64,000 bases of DNA, taken from assembly GCA_944389545.1 (NCBI GenBank), contig CALXMT010000001.1:138682-202681 (forward strand), given 5' to 3'. Below, piece after piece: positions 47,007 through 60,151 of the stretch. A model generated the notes under the pieces. That model was not told the origin of the DNA, did not search any database, and was given only the letters and a program-made list of their open reading frames with translations. Position 1 is the stretch's first letter, and every line of letters begins with the position of its first letter. The position numbers and the translations under genes were made by a program. The stretch is from an uncultured Kiritimatiellota bacterium (GTDB taxonomy: Bacteria > Verrucomicrobiota > Kiritimatiellia > RFP12 > DVOR01).

Positions 47007-48209
47007 ATGAGCACCTATCTCAAAGACTATCCCGACGAAAACGGTTTCTTCGGCCCCTACGGCGGCATGTACGTTCCCGACCGCCTCAAGGACGAGATGA
47101 AGAAGATCGCCGAGGCCTATTACACCATCGGCCGCTCCTTCGACTTCGTTTCCGAGCTTCGTCGCATCCGCCGTCACTTCCAGGGCCGCCCAACCCCCGT
47201 CTACTACTGCCGCAACCTCAGCAAGCAGCTCGGCGGAAACATCTTCCTCAAGCGTGAAGACCTCAACCACTCCGGCGCCCACAAGATCAACCACTGCATG
47301 GGTGAGGTCATGCTCGCGAAGTACATGGGCAAGAAGCGTGTCATCGCCGAGACCGGCGCCGGTCAGCACGGCGTCGCCATGGCCACCGCCGCGGCCTACT
47401 TCGGCCTCCCCTGCGACATCTACATGGGTGCGGTCGACATCGCCAAGCAGCACCCCAACGTCGTGCGCATGAAGATCCTCGGCGCCAACGTCATCCCTGT
47501 CACCGCCGGCCAGCAGACCCTTAAAGAAGCCGTCGACGCCGCCTTCGAGGCCTATCTCAAAGACCCTGAGAACACCCTCTACTGCATCGGCACCGTCGTC
47601 GGCCCCCACCCCTTCCCCATGATGGTGCGCGACTTCCAAAAGGTCGTCGGCGAGGAGGCCCGCGAGCAGTACCTCGACATGATGGGCGAACTCCCCGATG
47701 CCGTCTGCGCCTGCGTCGGCGGCGGTTCCAACGCCATTGGCATCTTCTGCGGCTTCCTTGACGACCCCGTCAAACTCTACGGCGTCGAGCCCCTCGGCCA
47801 TGGCCCCAAGCCCGGCGACAACGCGGCCTCCCTCACCCTCGGCAAGCCCGGCATCCTCCACGGCTTCAAGAGCTACACCCTCGAGAACCCCGATGGCTCC
47901 GCCATGCCCGTCTACTCCGTCGCTTCCGGCCTCGACTACCAGTCCGTCGGCCCCGAGCACGCCTGGCTCAAGGACCAGGGCCGCGTGGAATACGTCACCG
48001 CCGATGACACCGAGGCGCTCAAGGCCTTCTTCGCGCTCTCCCGCTCCGAAGGCATCATCCCCGCCCTCGAATCCTCCCACGCCGTCGCCTACGCCATCCG
48101 TTACGCCAAGGAGCACCCCCACTCCTCCATCCTCGTCAACCTCTCCGGCCGCGGCGACAAGGACATCGACTACGTCGTCGAGCGCTATGGCCTCGGCGAG
48201 AACCTCTGA
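47007..48209 (+). CDS. trpB: Tryptophan synthase beta chain (long TrpB2-type)
   Basis: '[11 protein letters not shown]' PLP-lysine motif, 'GGGSNAIG'. Confidence 0.85.
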   Translation: MSTYLKDYPDENGFFGPYGGMYVPDRLKDEMKKIAEAYYTIGRSFDFVSELRRIRRHFQGRPTPVYYCRNLSKQLGGNIFLKREDLNHSGAHKINHCMGEVMLAKYMGKKRVIAETGAGQHGVAMATAAAYFGLPCDIYMGAVDIAKQHPNVVRMKILGANVIPVTAGQQTLKEAVDAAFEAYLKDPENTLYCIGTVVGPHPFPMMVRDFQKVVGEEAREQYLDMMGELPDAVCACVGGGSNAIGIFCGFLDDPVKLYGVEPLGHGPKPGDNAASLTLGKPGILHGFKSYTLENPDGSAMPVYSVASGLDYQSVGPEHAWLKDQGRVEYVTADDTEALKAFFALSRSEGIIPALESSHAVAYAIRYAKEHPHSSILVNLSGRGDKDIDYVVERYGLGENL

Positions 48210-48227
48210 CCGCCCACGCGGCAAACA

Positions 48228-48262
48228 AAAAGGACCCGCCTTCGCAGGTGGGTCCTTTTTTT
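48228..48262 (+). terminator. Rho-independent terminator after trpB
   Basis: 'aaaaggacccgccttcgcaggtgggtcc' hairpin followed by 'ttttttt'. Confidence 0.7.
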
Positions 48263-48264
48263 AT

Positions 48265-48341
48265 TGGTCGGAGCGGGGGGATTTGAACCCCCGACCATCT
48301 GCTCCCAAAGCAGATGCGCTACCAGGCTGCGCTACACTCCG
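48265..48341 (-). tRNA. tRNA-Pro (anticodon TGG)
   Basis: Minus strand: CGGAGTG-TA-GCGC-AGCCTGGTA-GCGC-A-TCTGC-TTTGGGA-GCAGA-TGGTC-GGGGG-TTCAAAT-CCCCC-CGCTCCG-A-CCA. Cloverleaf with one G-U pair in the acceptor stem; encoded CCA. Confidence 0.9.
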
Positions 48342-48344
48342 TGA

Positions 48345-49050
48345 GAAATCGCCGCATAGTGTACCACATTTCCTGCCACCGCGTCTCTCACCGCCCGCGG
48401 GATTTTCCGCAAAGACGATCTTGCGTGGTAACTCGGCTGGCTATCGCACCCCTTGCCCACGCTACCCTTGGGATTTCCACGCTAGCGTGCCCCTGATGGG
48501 GCGCTCTGTTCTCCGTTCTCTGGGGTGGCAAGGCCACCCCTCCCCCCAACGCATGGCGTGCGAAGCCCGCCATGCTCCCTCAGGCCCCCGGGCCGGACGT
48601 GCGCCTTGCGCGCACGCACGGCCCGCCTCCGCGTCGTGCCGTCCCCTTTGTGATCCTTTGTGGTCCTTCGTGTTCTTTGTGATAGCCGCGCAGCGTGAGG
48701 CCTGTCCAAACTTCCAAGCCTCCAAGCTTCCAAACTTCCCCTTCTGCGTCCTGCGTGCGGTAGCACTTCGCCCGACTCTGTGACCCTCTGTCTTCTCCGT
48801 GATCCTCTGTGTTCTCCAAAATCTGCGGTTCCCCTGCGTCGTGCTTTGTGTATCTTTGTGGTTCTTCGTGTTCTTTGTGATAGCCGCGCAGCGTTGAGTC
48901 TGTCCAAGTTTGGAGGCTTGTCCATTTTCTCTACGCCCCACCCGTCGCGCGCTTGCCGCGCGTTCTGTTCTCCGTTTTCCGTTCTCCGTTCTCCGGGGCG
49001 CGCCAGCGCCCCTCCCGTTCTCCGTTCTCCGGGGCGGCAGTGTCTGCCGC
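48345..49050. repeat. Composite repeat array (families I, D, E, G x2, H-variant)
   Basis: 48380-48490 I. 48540-48640 E. 48640-48740 and 48830-48920 G. 48950-49040 D. Confidence 0.8.
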
Positions 49051-49068
49051 CCTATAACATCTTTACGT

Positions 49069-49097
49069 TTGCCGATTGGCGCGGCAAGTGCTATACT
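49069..49097 (+). promoter_or_regulatory. Candidate sigma70-type promoter for fba (-35 'ttgccg', 17-bp spacer, -10 'tatact')
   Basis: Read from sequence. 'caggag' RBS precedes ATG 49135. Confidence 0.4.
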
Positions 49098-49134
49098 AAG
49101 CACCATCAATCAACCTGAACCAGGAGTCAGAACG

Positions 49135-50091
49135 ATGATCGTTACGACGAAGGAACTCTTCAAGCACGCTTATGGCAAGTACGCCGTCGGTGCTTACAAC
49201 ATCAACAACATGGAGCAGTGCATGGGACTGTTCCGCGGGTGCATTGAGAGCAAGGCCCCGTTCATCATCCAGATTTCCAAGGGTGCGCGCAGCTACACCG
49301 ACAAGCTGATGCTTGAGAACGTCATCCGCGCCGCCGACAAGATCTTCCCCGAGGCCGTCTTCGCGGTGCACCTGGACCACGGCGATGAGGCTTCCTGCAT
49401 CGACTGCATCAACTCCGGCTTCTACAGCTCCGTGATGATCGATGCCTCCTCCAAGCCCTTCGACGAGAACGTCGCCATCACCAAGAAGATCGTGGACATG
49501 GCTCACGCCAAGGGTCTCGTCGTCGAGGCCGAGCTCGGCAAGCTGGGCGGCGTCGAAGAGCACGTCGCGGTCGATGAGAAGGACGCTTGCCTCACCAACC
49601 CCGATGACGTCAAGCGCTTCGTCGAGGCCACCGGCTGCGACTCTCTCGCCTGCGCCATCGGCACCTCTCACGGCGCCTTCAAGTTCACCGGCACCCAAGG
49701 CCTCCGCTTCGACGTCCTCGCCGACATCCAGAAGAAGGTCCCCGGCTTCCCGCTGGTCATGCACGGCTCTTCCTCCGTCCCGCAGGACGAGGTCGCCCGC
49801 ATCAACGCCGCCGGCGGCAAGCTCGACGGCGCCAAGGGCGTCGATGACAACCAGTTCCGCCGCGCCGCCGAGCTGGGCGTCACCAAGATCAACATCGACA
49901 CCGATGGCCGCCTGGTGTGGTGCCGCGTCCACCGCGAGTACTTCCGCGACCACCCCGAAAACTTCGACCTCCGCCCGATCGGCAAGATCTTCATGGAGGA
50001 GTACGCCAAGTTCATCGCCGCCAAGAACGTCAAGCTCGGCTCCGCCGGCCAGCTGGACGACGTGCGCGCGTTCTGCAAGGCGAATGCCTAA
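49135..50091 (+). CDS. fba: Fructose-bisphosphate aldolase, class II
   Basis: 'AVHLDHGDE' and 'AIGTSHGAFKF' zinc-ligand motifs. Confidence 0.85.
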   Translation: MIVTTKELFKHAYGKYAVGAYNINNMEQCMGLFRGCIESKAPFIIQISKGARSYTDKLMLENVIRAADKIFPEAVFAVHLDHGDEASCIDCINSGFYSSVMIDASSKPFDENVAITKKIVDMAHAKGLVVEAELGKLGGVEEHVAVDEKDACLTNPDDVKRFVEATGCDSLACAIGTSHGAFKFTGTQGLRFDVLADIQKKVPGFPLVMHGSSSVPQDEVARINAAGGKLDGAKGVDDNQFRRAAELGVTKINIDTDGRLVWCRVHREYFRDHPENFDLRPIGKIFMEEYAKFIAAKNVKLGSAGQLDDVRAFCKANA

Positions 50092-50157
50092 GACCCTCGG
50101 GGGCGCCTGGAGAGACGGGCGCCCCCGAACCGTTTTCACACCAAGGAGAGAATCCCA

Positions 50158-53721
<3,564 letters not shown>

Positions 53722-53744
53722 GACGTCCCGGCGCGACAAGCCCA

Positions 53745-53775
53745 AAAAGCCCCGGCCCCGCCGGGGCTTTTTTAT
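53745..53775 (+). terminator. Rho-independent terminator after nifJ
   Basis: 'aaaagccccggccccgccggggctttttt'. Confidence 0.7.
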
Positions 53776-53779
53776 ACCC

Positions 53780-54640
53780 TGCGGCATCGCAGCAATCCTG
53801 TCCGGGGAAATCCTGCAGGTCTTTTCCCCGCGAAGACGCGAGTGCGCGCGAAGTCAGATGGGCTAACGCCGATCACGCTGCGGGCTAAACGCCCGCTGAT
53901 CGCTCCCTCCCGCCCATCGGCTTCGCGCCTTGCCGTCTCCACCCGTCGCCCCACAGGGGCGCTCCTGAATCTCCTGAATCTCCTGAATCTCCTGAATCTC
54001 CTGACGAGCGACGCTGTAGGACCACTGGACGGTGAAGCCGCTCACGCACAGCGGCTTCACCGTCGCGCGCTTGCCGCGCGCTCTCTGTTCTCCGTTTTCC
54101 GTTCTCTGTTCTCCGGGGCGCGTCAGCGCCCCTTCCCCCAAAGCATGGCGTGCGAAGCCCGCCATGCCCCCCAGGTCCCCGGGCCGGACGTGCGCCTTGC
54201 GCGCACGCACGGCCCGCCCTCTGCGCCGTGCTATCCCCTTTGTGCCCCTTAGCCGTGGAAGGTTTGTCGCTTCGCGCCTGCACGGTGGTCCTTCGTGTTC
54301 TTTGTGATAAAACCCGGCAGACCTTCTCTGTGAGCCTCTGTGTAACCCTCTGTGTGCCTCTGTGCTCTAAAATCCAGCGTGCGGTAGCACGCCCTTAATC
54401 TGCTCAAAATCTGTGAGATACCGAAGGTCTTCCTAGCGAAGCGACGAAACATCTGCGGTTCCCCTGCGTCGTGCTAGCCTTGTCATACGCTGTGATTTCC
54501 CGAGAAACGACAGAGACGCAAGGGATGGGCACGGTAGTGAGGCCCCCAGGGCCGAACGGTGAAGTGCCCAGGCCCTTGCGTTCCTTTTGTGTCTTCGTGG
54601 AGAAACGAAGCGCCCCCCGAATATGCTAGAATACGCCACA
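53780..54640. repeat. Composite repeat array (families I-variant, C with (aatctcctg)x5, D, E, F, H, B-rc)
   Basis: 53958-54003 'ctcctgaatctcctgaatctcctgaatctcctgaatctcctg'. 54130-54230 E. 54235-54310 F. 54360-54480 H. 54495-54605 B. Confidence 0.8.
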
Positions 54641-54649
54641 AAGGAGTTC

Positions 54650-55651
54650 ATGATGGCTTTGCAGATTCCGCAGATTGTAGACTTGGCGAGCGCCTTTTAT
54701 GGCTCAGCGGTCCTCTTCGCCGCCCTGGAGTTGGATGCCTTCACGGCCATCCAAGAGACGGCAGACCCGACCATCGAAGCATTGTCAGCGAAACTGGGTG
54801 TGGACACCCGCGGCCTACGTCTGCTCCTGGATGGTGCCGTTGCGGTCGGCCTCTTGGAAAAGCACGAGGGCCGCTACGCCCTGACACCCGCCACGGCCGC
54901 AACCCTGGTGCGCGGTGCCCCGCACGATCTGACCAAGGCCATCGCCTACAACCGGGACGTCTATCCCGCATGGGGCCGCTTGACGCAACTGGTCCGCACG
55001 GGCCATCCTGTCGAGGCGCCTGCCCTGCACCTGGGGTCGGATGCCGAGCGCACGCGTCGCTTCGCGCTGGCCATGCACGGACGCGCCTTGGGCATCGGCC
55101 GCGCCATCGTCCCCCAACTGCACCTCCCCAAGGGCGCACGCGTCCTTGACCTGGCCGGCGGCCCCGGCACCTACGCCCTGCTCATGGCGCAGCAAGACCC
55201 CACCCTCACCTGCGACACCGTGGACCTCCCCGCCATCGCCGAGGTCGCCAAGGAAATCACCGCCCCCTGCGCCGACCGGGTCCACTGCCACGCCGGCGAC
55301 TACCATCGTGACACCTGGGCCCCCGCCGCCTACGATGCCGTCACCCTCTTCGGCTGCCTCCACCAGGAGTCCCCGGAAAGCATCGTCGACATCCTGCGCC
55401 GCGCCACGGACGCCCTCCGCCCCGGCGGCACGCTCTACGTCCTCGACCTCATGACAGGCCCCGACCACACCACGCCCCCCTTCTCCGCCCTCTTCGCCCT
55501 CAACATGGCCCTCACCACCGAGAACGGCTGGGTCTTCTCCGACGAGGAACTGCGCGGCTGGATGACCCAAGCCGGCCTCACCGACTTCTCCTGCGCCCCC
55601 GTCCCGCCCCCCATGCCCCACTGCCTCGCCCGCGCCGTGAAACCCATGTGA
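54650..55651 (+). CDS. Class I SAM-dependent O-methyltransferase (Methyltransf_2 / plant-OMT-like with N-terminal dimerisation helix)
   Basis: 'VLDLAGGPGTYALLMA' SAM motif. RBS 'aaggag' before ATG 54650. Confidence 0.65.
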   Translation: MMALQIPQIVDLASAFYGSAVLFAALELDAFTAIQETADPTIEALSAKLGVDTRGLRLLLDGAVAVGLLEKHEGRYALTPATAATLVRGAPHDLTKAIAYNRDVYPAWGRLTQLVRTGHPVEAPALHLGSDAERTRRFALAMHGRALGIGRAIVPQLHLPKGARVLDLAGGPGTYALLMAQQDPTLTCDTVDLPAIAEVAKEITAPCADRVHCHAGDYHRDTWAPAAYDAVTLFGCLHQESPESIVDILRRATDALRPGGTLYVLDLMTGPDHTTPPFSALFALNMALTTENGWVFSDEELRGWMTQAGLTDFSCAPVPPPMPHCLARAVKPM

Positions 55652-55654
55652 AGG

Positions 55655-56690
55655 GTAGTCTCCTGGGAAGTTTTTCCGCGAAGACGCTTTGGCGTGGAAA
55701 CCCTGCGGGCTCCGCCGCTCCCTTTGGTCACGCCGCCCTTGGGATTTCCACGCTATCGCGCCCCTGAAGGGGCGCTCAATGGGGAGTTGGGAAGTTTAGA
55801 GGCTTGGAGGTTTGGCCTTCTCAATGGCCTCACCGTCGCGCGTTTGACGCGCGCTCTCTGTTCTCTGTTTTCTGTTCTCCGTTCTCTGGGGTGGCAAGGC
55901 CACCCCTTCCCCCAAAGCATGGCGTGCGAAGCCCGCCATGCCCCCTCAGGCCCCCGGGCCGGACGTGCGCCTTGCGCACACGCACGGCCCGCCCCCTGCG
56001 CCGTGCCGTCCCCTTTGTGCCCCTTAGCCGTGGAAGGTTTGTCGCTTCGCGCCTGCACGGTGGTCCTTCGTGTTCTTTGTGATAGCCACGCAGCATGAAG
56101 CCTGTCCAAACTTCCAAGCCTTCAAACTTCTAAACTTCCAATTGCGCGTCCTGCGTGCGCTAGCACGCCCTTAATCTGCTCAAATCTGTGAGATACCGAA
56201 GGTCTTCCTAGCGAAGCGACGGAACATCTGCGGTTCCCTGCGTCGTTTGCCTTTTGTGGTTTTCCCAAACCCAAAGCATGGCGTGCGAAGCCCGCCATGC
56301 CCCTTCAGGCCCCCGGGCCGGACGTGCACCTTGCGCGCACGCACGGCCCGCCCCAGCGTCGCCTTCCTTCGTGTCCTTTGTGTCCTTTGTGATTTAAAAA
56401 CAAACTGGCAGTCCATCCCTGTGTTCCTCTGTGTAACCCTCTGTGTGCCTCTGTGCTCTAAACTGCGTCGTGCTTTGTGTTTCTTTGTGGTCCTTTGTGT
56501 CCTTCGTGTTTCTCGAAAAACACTCCACCTCTGTCCAGCGGCTCCATCCGTCGCGCGCTTGCCGCGCGCTCCGTTCTCCGTTCTCTGTTCTCCGTTCTCA
56601 GGGCGGCAAAGCCGCCCCATTTGACGTAGCGGTCTGAAGTTCGGTATAATTGACGGCGTGACGGCAAGGACTAGTCCGAGCCCTATTTTT
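55655..56690. repeat. Composite repeat array (I long form, D, E x2, F, G, H, D)
   Basis: 55660-55800 I. 55835-55890 D. 55905-56005 E. 56015-56090 F. 56150-56250 H. 56270-56360 E. 56455-56520 G. 56545-56615 D. Confidence 0.8.
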
Positions 56691-56699
56691 GGAGCATCC

Positions 56700-57533
56700 A
56701 TGAAAAGCATCGTGAATCAGCTTTGCCAGCTCCAGGACCTCATCCTGGTGCGCGATGAACATCGGGCCACGGGCGACGGCGCCCATCTTGCCCGTCTCAA
56801 CGAATCCATCGATTCCATGATTGAGGCGTTGCCCTCAAACGTCAAATCCTTCTTCCAGCGCCTCTACAATCGCGACCACGTGATGATGGCGCCCGTGCAC
56901 AACGGCTGTTGCGCCGTCTGCGGCATGCGCTTGCCCATCAGCCAAATCCAGGCCGTACGCCAGTGCAAGACCCTGCAGATGTGCCCCGGGTGCGCGCGCA
57001 TCCTCTTCGAAGAACTCGACGCCCCGCAGTGGGTCGGCGCCTCCCCCACCCGTGCCGAGCCCCGCAAGAGCGGCATCTCGCGCTTCTCCGCCGAGACCCT
57101 CATGGTGCCGGACCTGGTCGCGGGCTCCGCGGCCGACGCCATCGAGGTCCTCGCCGGCAAGATGGAGTCCGGCGGCTTCATCTCCCACGCCGATAAACTC
57201 ATCACCTCGGCGCTCGAGCGCGAATCCATCCTCAGCACCGCCATGGAACACGGCCTGGCCTTCCCGCACGTCCGCGGCGTGGAGGGCGGCTCGCTCACCA
57301 TGTCCTGCGGCGTCAGCAAGGAACCCTTCAAGTGGGACGCCGCCGGCACCCCGGTCAACATCGTTTTCCTCATCACCATCCCGGCCGCCGTCAGCGCCTT
57401 CTACATGCGCCTTATCGCCGGTCTCACCGAAGCCTTCCTCAAGGAGCCCAATCGCGAGGCTCTCCTCGCCGCCGAGACCCCGAACGCCCTCTGGAAGGCC
57501 CTCACCAAGGCCACCCGCTACACCATCAAGTGA
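56700..57533 (+). CDS. Fusion of C4 zinc-ribbon module and PTS EIIA(Ntr)-type domain
   Basis: 'CCAVCGMRLPISQIQAVRQCKTLQMCPGCARILF' (Cx2C...Cx2C) followed by an EIIA-2 fold with 'LAFPHVRGVEG' phospho-His region. Confidence 0.6.
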   Translation: MKSIVNQLCQLQDLILVRDEHRATGDGAHLARLNESIDSMIEALPSNVKSFFQRLYNRDHVMMAPVHNGCCAVCGMRLPISQIQAVRQCKTLQMCPGCARILFEELDAPQWVGASPTRAEPRKSGISRFSAETLMVPDLVAGSAADAIEVLAGKMESGGFISHADKLITSALERESILSTAMEHGLAFPHVRGVEGGSLTMSCGVSKEPFKWDAAGTPVNIVFLITIPAAVSAFYMRLIAGLTEAFLKEPNREALLAAETPNALWKALTKATRYTIK

Positions 57534-57536
57534 CCC

Positions 57537-58202
57537 ATGCCCACCCTGACCACCTCGCTCAACCGTGAGTACGCGGCCCGCTTCCTTGGCGTGGCCGCGC
57601 TCTTGCTGGCCTTCGCCGGCTGGTTCCTCTACGATGGCCTGATCGGCTACCCTGCCGAGAACGACCGCGTGGCCCCCGTCGCGGAACGCCTGGCCGCCGA
57701 AGAACGCACCGCCGCCGAGTGGATGAACACCCAGCAGACCGGTGTCGCCCCCCTCGTCGAGGCCTTCCAACAGGCCGGCGTGAAGCCCCCCGCAAAAATC
57801 ACCGACACCTTCAACTCGTGGATCTCCATCAACGACCCCGAGAAGGACAGCGTCGAAGCCGCGCAGCGGGTGCTCCGCACCCCACCCCACAGCGCGGACA
57901 GCATCACCACCCAGTTCATCAGCGCCGCCATCTCCGCCCTCGCCGGCCTGGCGCTGATTTTCCTCGTCCTCCTGCGCTGGAAGACCCGCATCACCTTGGA
58001 TGACGACACCCTCACCGTCACCACCTTTGGTTACACCGCCCGCCACGCCCTCGCCGACCTCAAGTCCGTTGATGATGCACAGTGGGAAAAGCGTGGCATT
58101 CTCCGCCTTACCTTCCCCTCCGGCACCGTCACCCTCGATGCCTGGCACCACACCGGCGTCCGCCCCCTCGCCGAACGCCTCCTCCCCAAGAAGCCCAATT
58201 AG
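57537..58202 (+). CDS. Hypothetical membrane protein (two TM helices)
   Basis: The ORF starts 4 bp after the upstream stop. Hydrophobic segments 'FLGVAALLLAFAGWFL' and 'ISALAGLALIFLVLL'. Confidence 0.4.
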   Translation: MPTLTTSLNREYAARFLGVAALLLAFAGWFLYDGLIGYPAENDRVAPVAERLAAEERTAAEWMNTQQTGVAPLVEAFQQAGVKPPAKITDTFNSWISINDPEKDSVEAAQRVLRTPPHSADSITTQFISAAISALAGLALIFLVLLRWKTRITLDDDTLTVTTFGYTARHALADLKSVDDAQWEKRGILRLTFPSGTVTLDAWHHTGVRPLAERLLPKKPN

Positions 58203-58204
58203 GC

Positions 58205-58900
58205 CTAACGAGCGGGTTCCACAAAGACACCAAGGAACGCAAGGGCCTGGGCACTTCACCGTTCGGCCCTTCGGGCCTCTCTACCGTGCCCATCCCTTGC
58301 GTTTCTGCGATTTCTTGAAAAGCACCCTCTGACAACGCTATAGGGCCACTAGGCTCTATAGGACGGGCTAACGCCGCTCACGCACAGTGCCTTCGCCCAT
58401 CGCGCGCTTGCCGCGCGCTCCTGTATCTCCTGAATCTCCTGCATCTCCTGAAACGCCCCCCGGGGCGCGCCAGCGCCCCTTCCCCCCAAGCATGGCGTGC
58501 GAAGCCCGCCATGCCCCCTCAGGCCCCCGGGCCGGACGTGCGCCTTGCGCGCACGCACGGCCCGCCCCAGCGTCGTGCTATCCCCTTTGTGCCCCTTAGC
58601 CGTGGAAGGTTTGTCGCTTCGCGCCTGCACGGTGGTCCTTCGTGGCCTTTGTGATAAAACCCGGCAGACCTTCTCTGTGAACCTCTGTGGATTCCTCTGT
58701 GAGCCTCTGTGATCTAAACTGCGTCGTGCTTTGTGTATCTTTGTGGTCCTTCGTGGCCTTTGTGATAGCCGCGCAACGTTGAGTCTGTCCAAGTTTGGAG
58801 GCTTGTCCATTTTCTCTACGCCCCACCCGTCGCCCCGCAGGGGCGTTCCGTTCTCCGTTCTCTGTTCTCCGTTCTCCGGGGCGCGCTAGCGCCCCATCAG
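58205..58900. repeat. Composite repeat array (B, C with (aatctcctg)x3, E, F, G, D)
   Basis: 58215-58320 B. 58395-58460 C. 58480-58580 E. 58585-58665 F. 58720-58800 G. 58840-58900 D. Confidence 0.8.
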
Positions 58901-60096
58901 AGTCGATGGCCGCGGAGGGCATTGAAGCGGGCGGTGACGGGCAGAGGCCCGACGAGCGGGCGGGCATAGTCCAGGAAGAGCCCGGTCACATTGTTGCCCT
59001 CAGCGTTGATATAGCTGTCCGGGAGGGCGCGGGTGTTGCGCGCCACGGCGGAGAGCGGCGCAATGGCATAATCGACCTGATAGGTGACACCGGGCAGACG
59101 CGTGAGCGTGACGGTGCCATTGGTGTACTTGCCGCCGACCGCCGCGGTGACGGCGTACGACCCGGCCAGACGCGCCTCGTTGGCGTCGGTCTCCGAGACA
59201 CACCCCACGAAACACCGCTGAATGAAGCCGAAGGTATCGGCCCGCACGCGGGAGACGCTGAGACGCTGCCGAATGACGGCGGCCAACTGCTCGCCGAGCG
59301 CACCGGAGGTGAGCTGACGGTTGCCATGGGCGTCGACCTCCGTGGAAAAGGCCTCCGCGATGGGACGCCCATCCTCGCCGCAGATACCCTCGGAGACCGC
59401 GACCACGCATCGCCCATAACGCGTCATGCACTCGGAGACGTCAGCGACAAAGCGGTCGATGGTGAAGGGGCGCTCCGGGAAATAGAGCAGGTGCGGACCG
59501 TCATCGGGGTCCTGACGGGCAAGCGCCGCGGCAGCGGTGAGGAAGCCCGCGTTGCGCCCCATGATGACGTCAATCTTCACGCCGCCAAGAGCCCGGTTGT
59601 CCAGGTCATCGCCGCGCACGGCGCAGGCGACGAAGCGCGCCGCGGAGCCGTAGCCCGGGGTGTGGTCGTTGCAGAGCAAATCGTTGTCGATGGTCTTGGG
59701 GATGTGGAAACACCGCAGGTCATAACCCTGGCGCCCGGCCTCCTCCGCGATGATGTTGGCGGTCTCGGCGGAGTCGTTGCCGCCGATATAGAAGAAGTAG
59801 CGCACGTTGCGCCGCGCGAGCACCTCAAAGATGGCCTTGCAGTCGTCCGGCGTCGGCTTGCGGCGCACAGACCCCAGCGCGGAGCTGGGCGTCTGCGCCA
59901 CGCGCAACAGCACCTCCTCGGGCTCCGCGCGCAGGTCGATGAAGGCCTCGTCCAAAATCCCCTGAATGCCATGGAGGGCCCCATAAATCTCGACAATCTT
60001 CGTGGAAGCCTTGGCGGCCAGCACGGCGCCGACCAAGCTCTGATTGATGACCATCGAAGGACCGCCGCTCTGGGCGATAAGCATGTTGCCGGTCAT
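58897..60096 (-). CDS. pfp: Pyrophosphate-dependent 6-phosphofructokinase (PfkA-family, PPi-PFK type)
   Basis: 'GGPSMVINQSLVG' and 'IPKTIDNDL' PFK motifs with Asp in the Gly/Asp position typical of PPi enzymes ('YIGGNDS'). RBS 'ggagg' before ATG. The 5' part of the longer track ORF is antisense to repeats and was discarded. Confidence 0.75.
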   Translation of the reverse strand: MTGNMLIAQSGGPSMVINQSLVGAVLAAKASTKIVEIYGALHGIQGILDEAFIDLRAEPEEVLLRVAQTPSSALGSVRRKPTPDDCKAIFEVLARRNVRYFFYIGGNDSAETANIIAEEAGRQGYDLRCFHIPKTIDNDLLCNDHTPGYGSAARFVACAVRGDDLDNRALGGVKIDVIMGRNAGFLTAAAALARQDPDDGPHLLYFPERPFTIDRFVADVSECMTRYGRCVVAVSEGICGEDGRPIAEAFSTEVDAHGNRQLTSGALGEQLAAVIRQRLSVSRVRADTFGFIQRCFVGCVSETDANEARLAGSYAVTAAVGGKYTNGTVTLTRLPGVTYQVDYAIAPLSAVARNTRALPDSYINAEGNNVTGLFLDYARPLVGPLPVTARFNALRGHRL

Positions 60097-60151
60097 GGGA
60101 AACCTCCAAAAGCAAAGGCCCGCCGGGACACGGCGGGCCCGGTGGACACAG

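Noticed and set aside
53780-58900. Possible CRISPR arrays, given the many short repeated units and 9-bp tandem repeats
   Set aside because: The repeats are heterogeneous families of 50-190 bp in varying order. No constant-length direct repeat alternates with unique spacers, and the tandem units are only 9 bp. No cas genes are present in the window.
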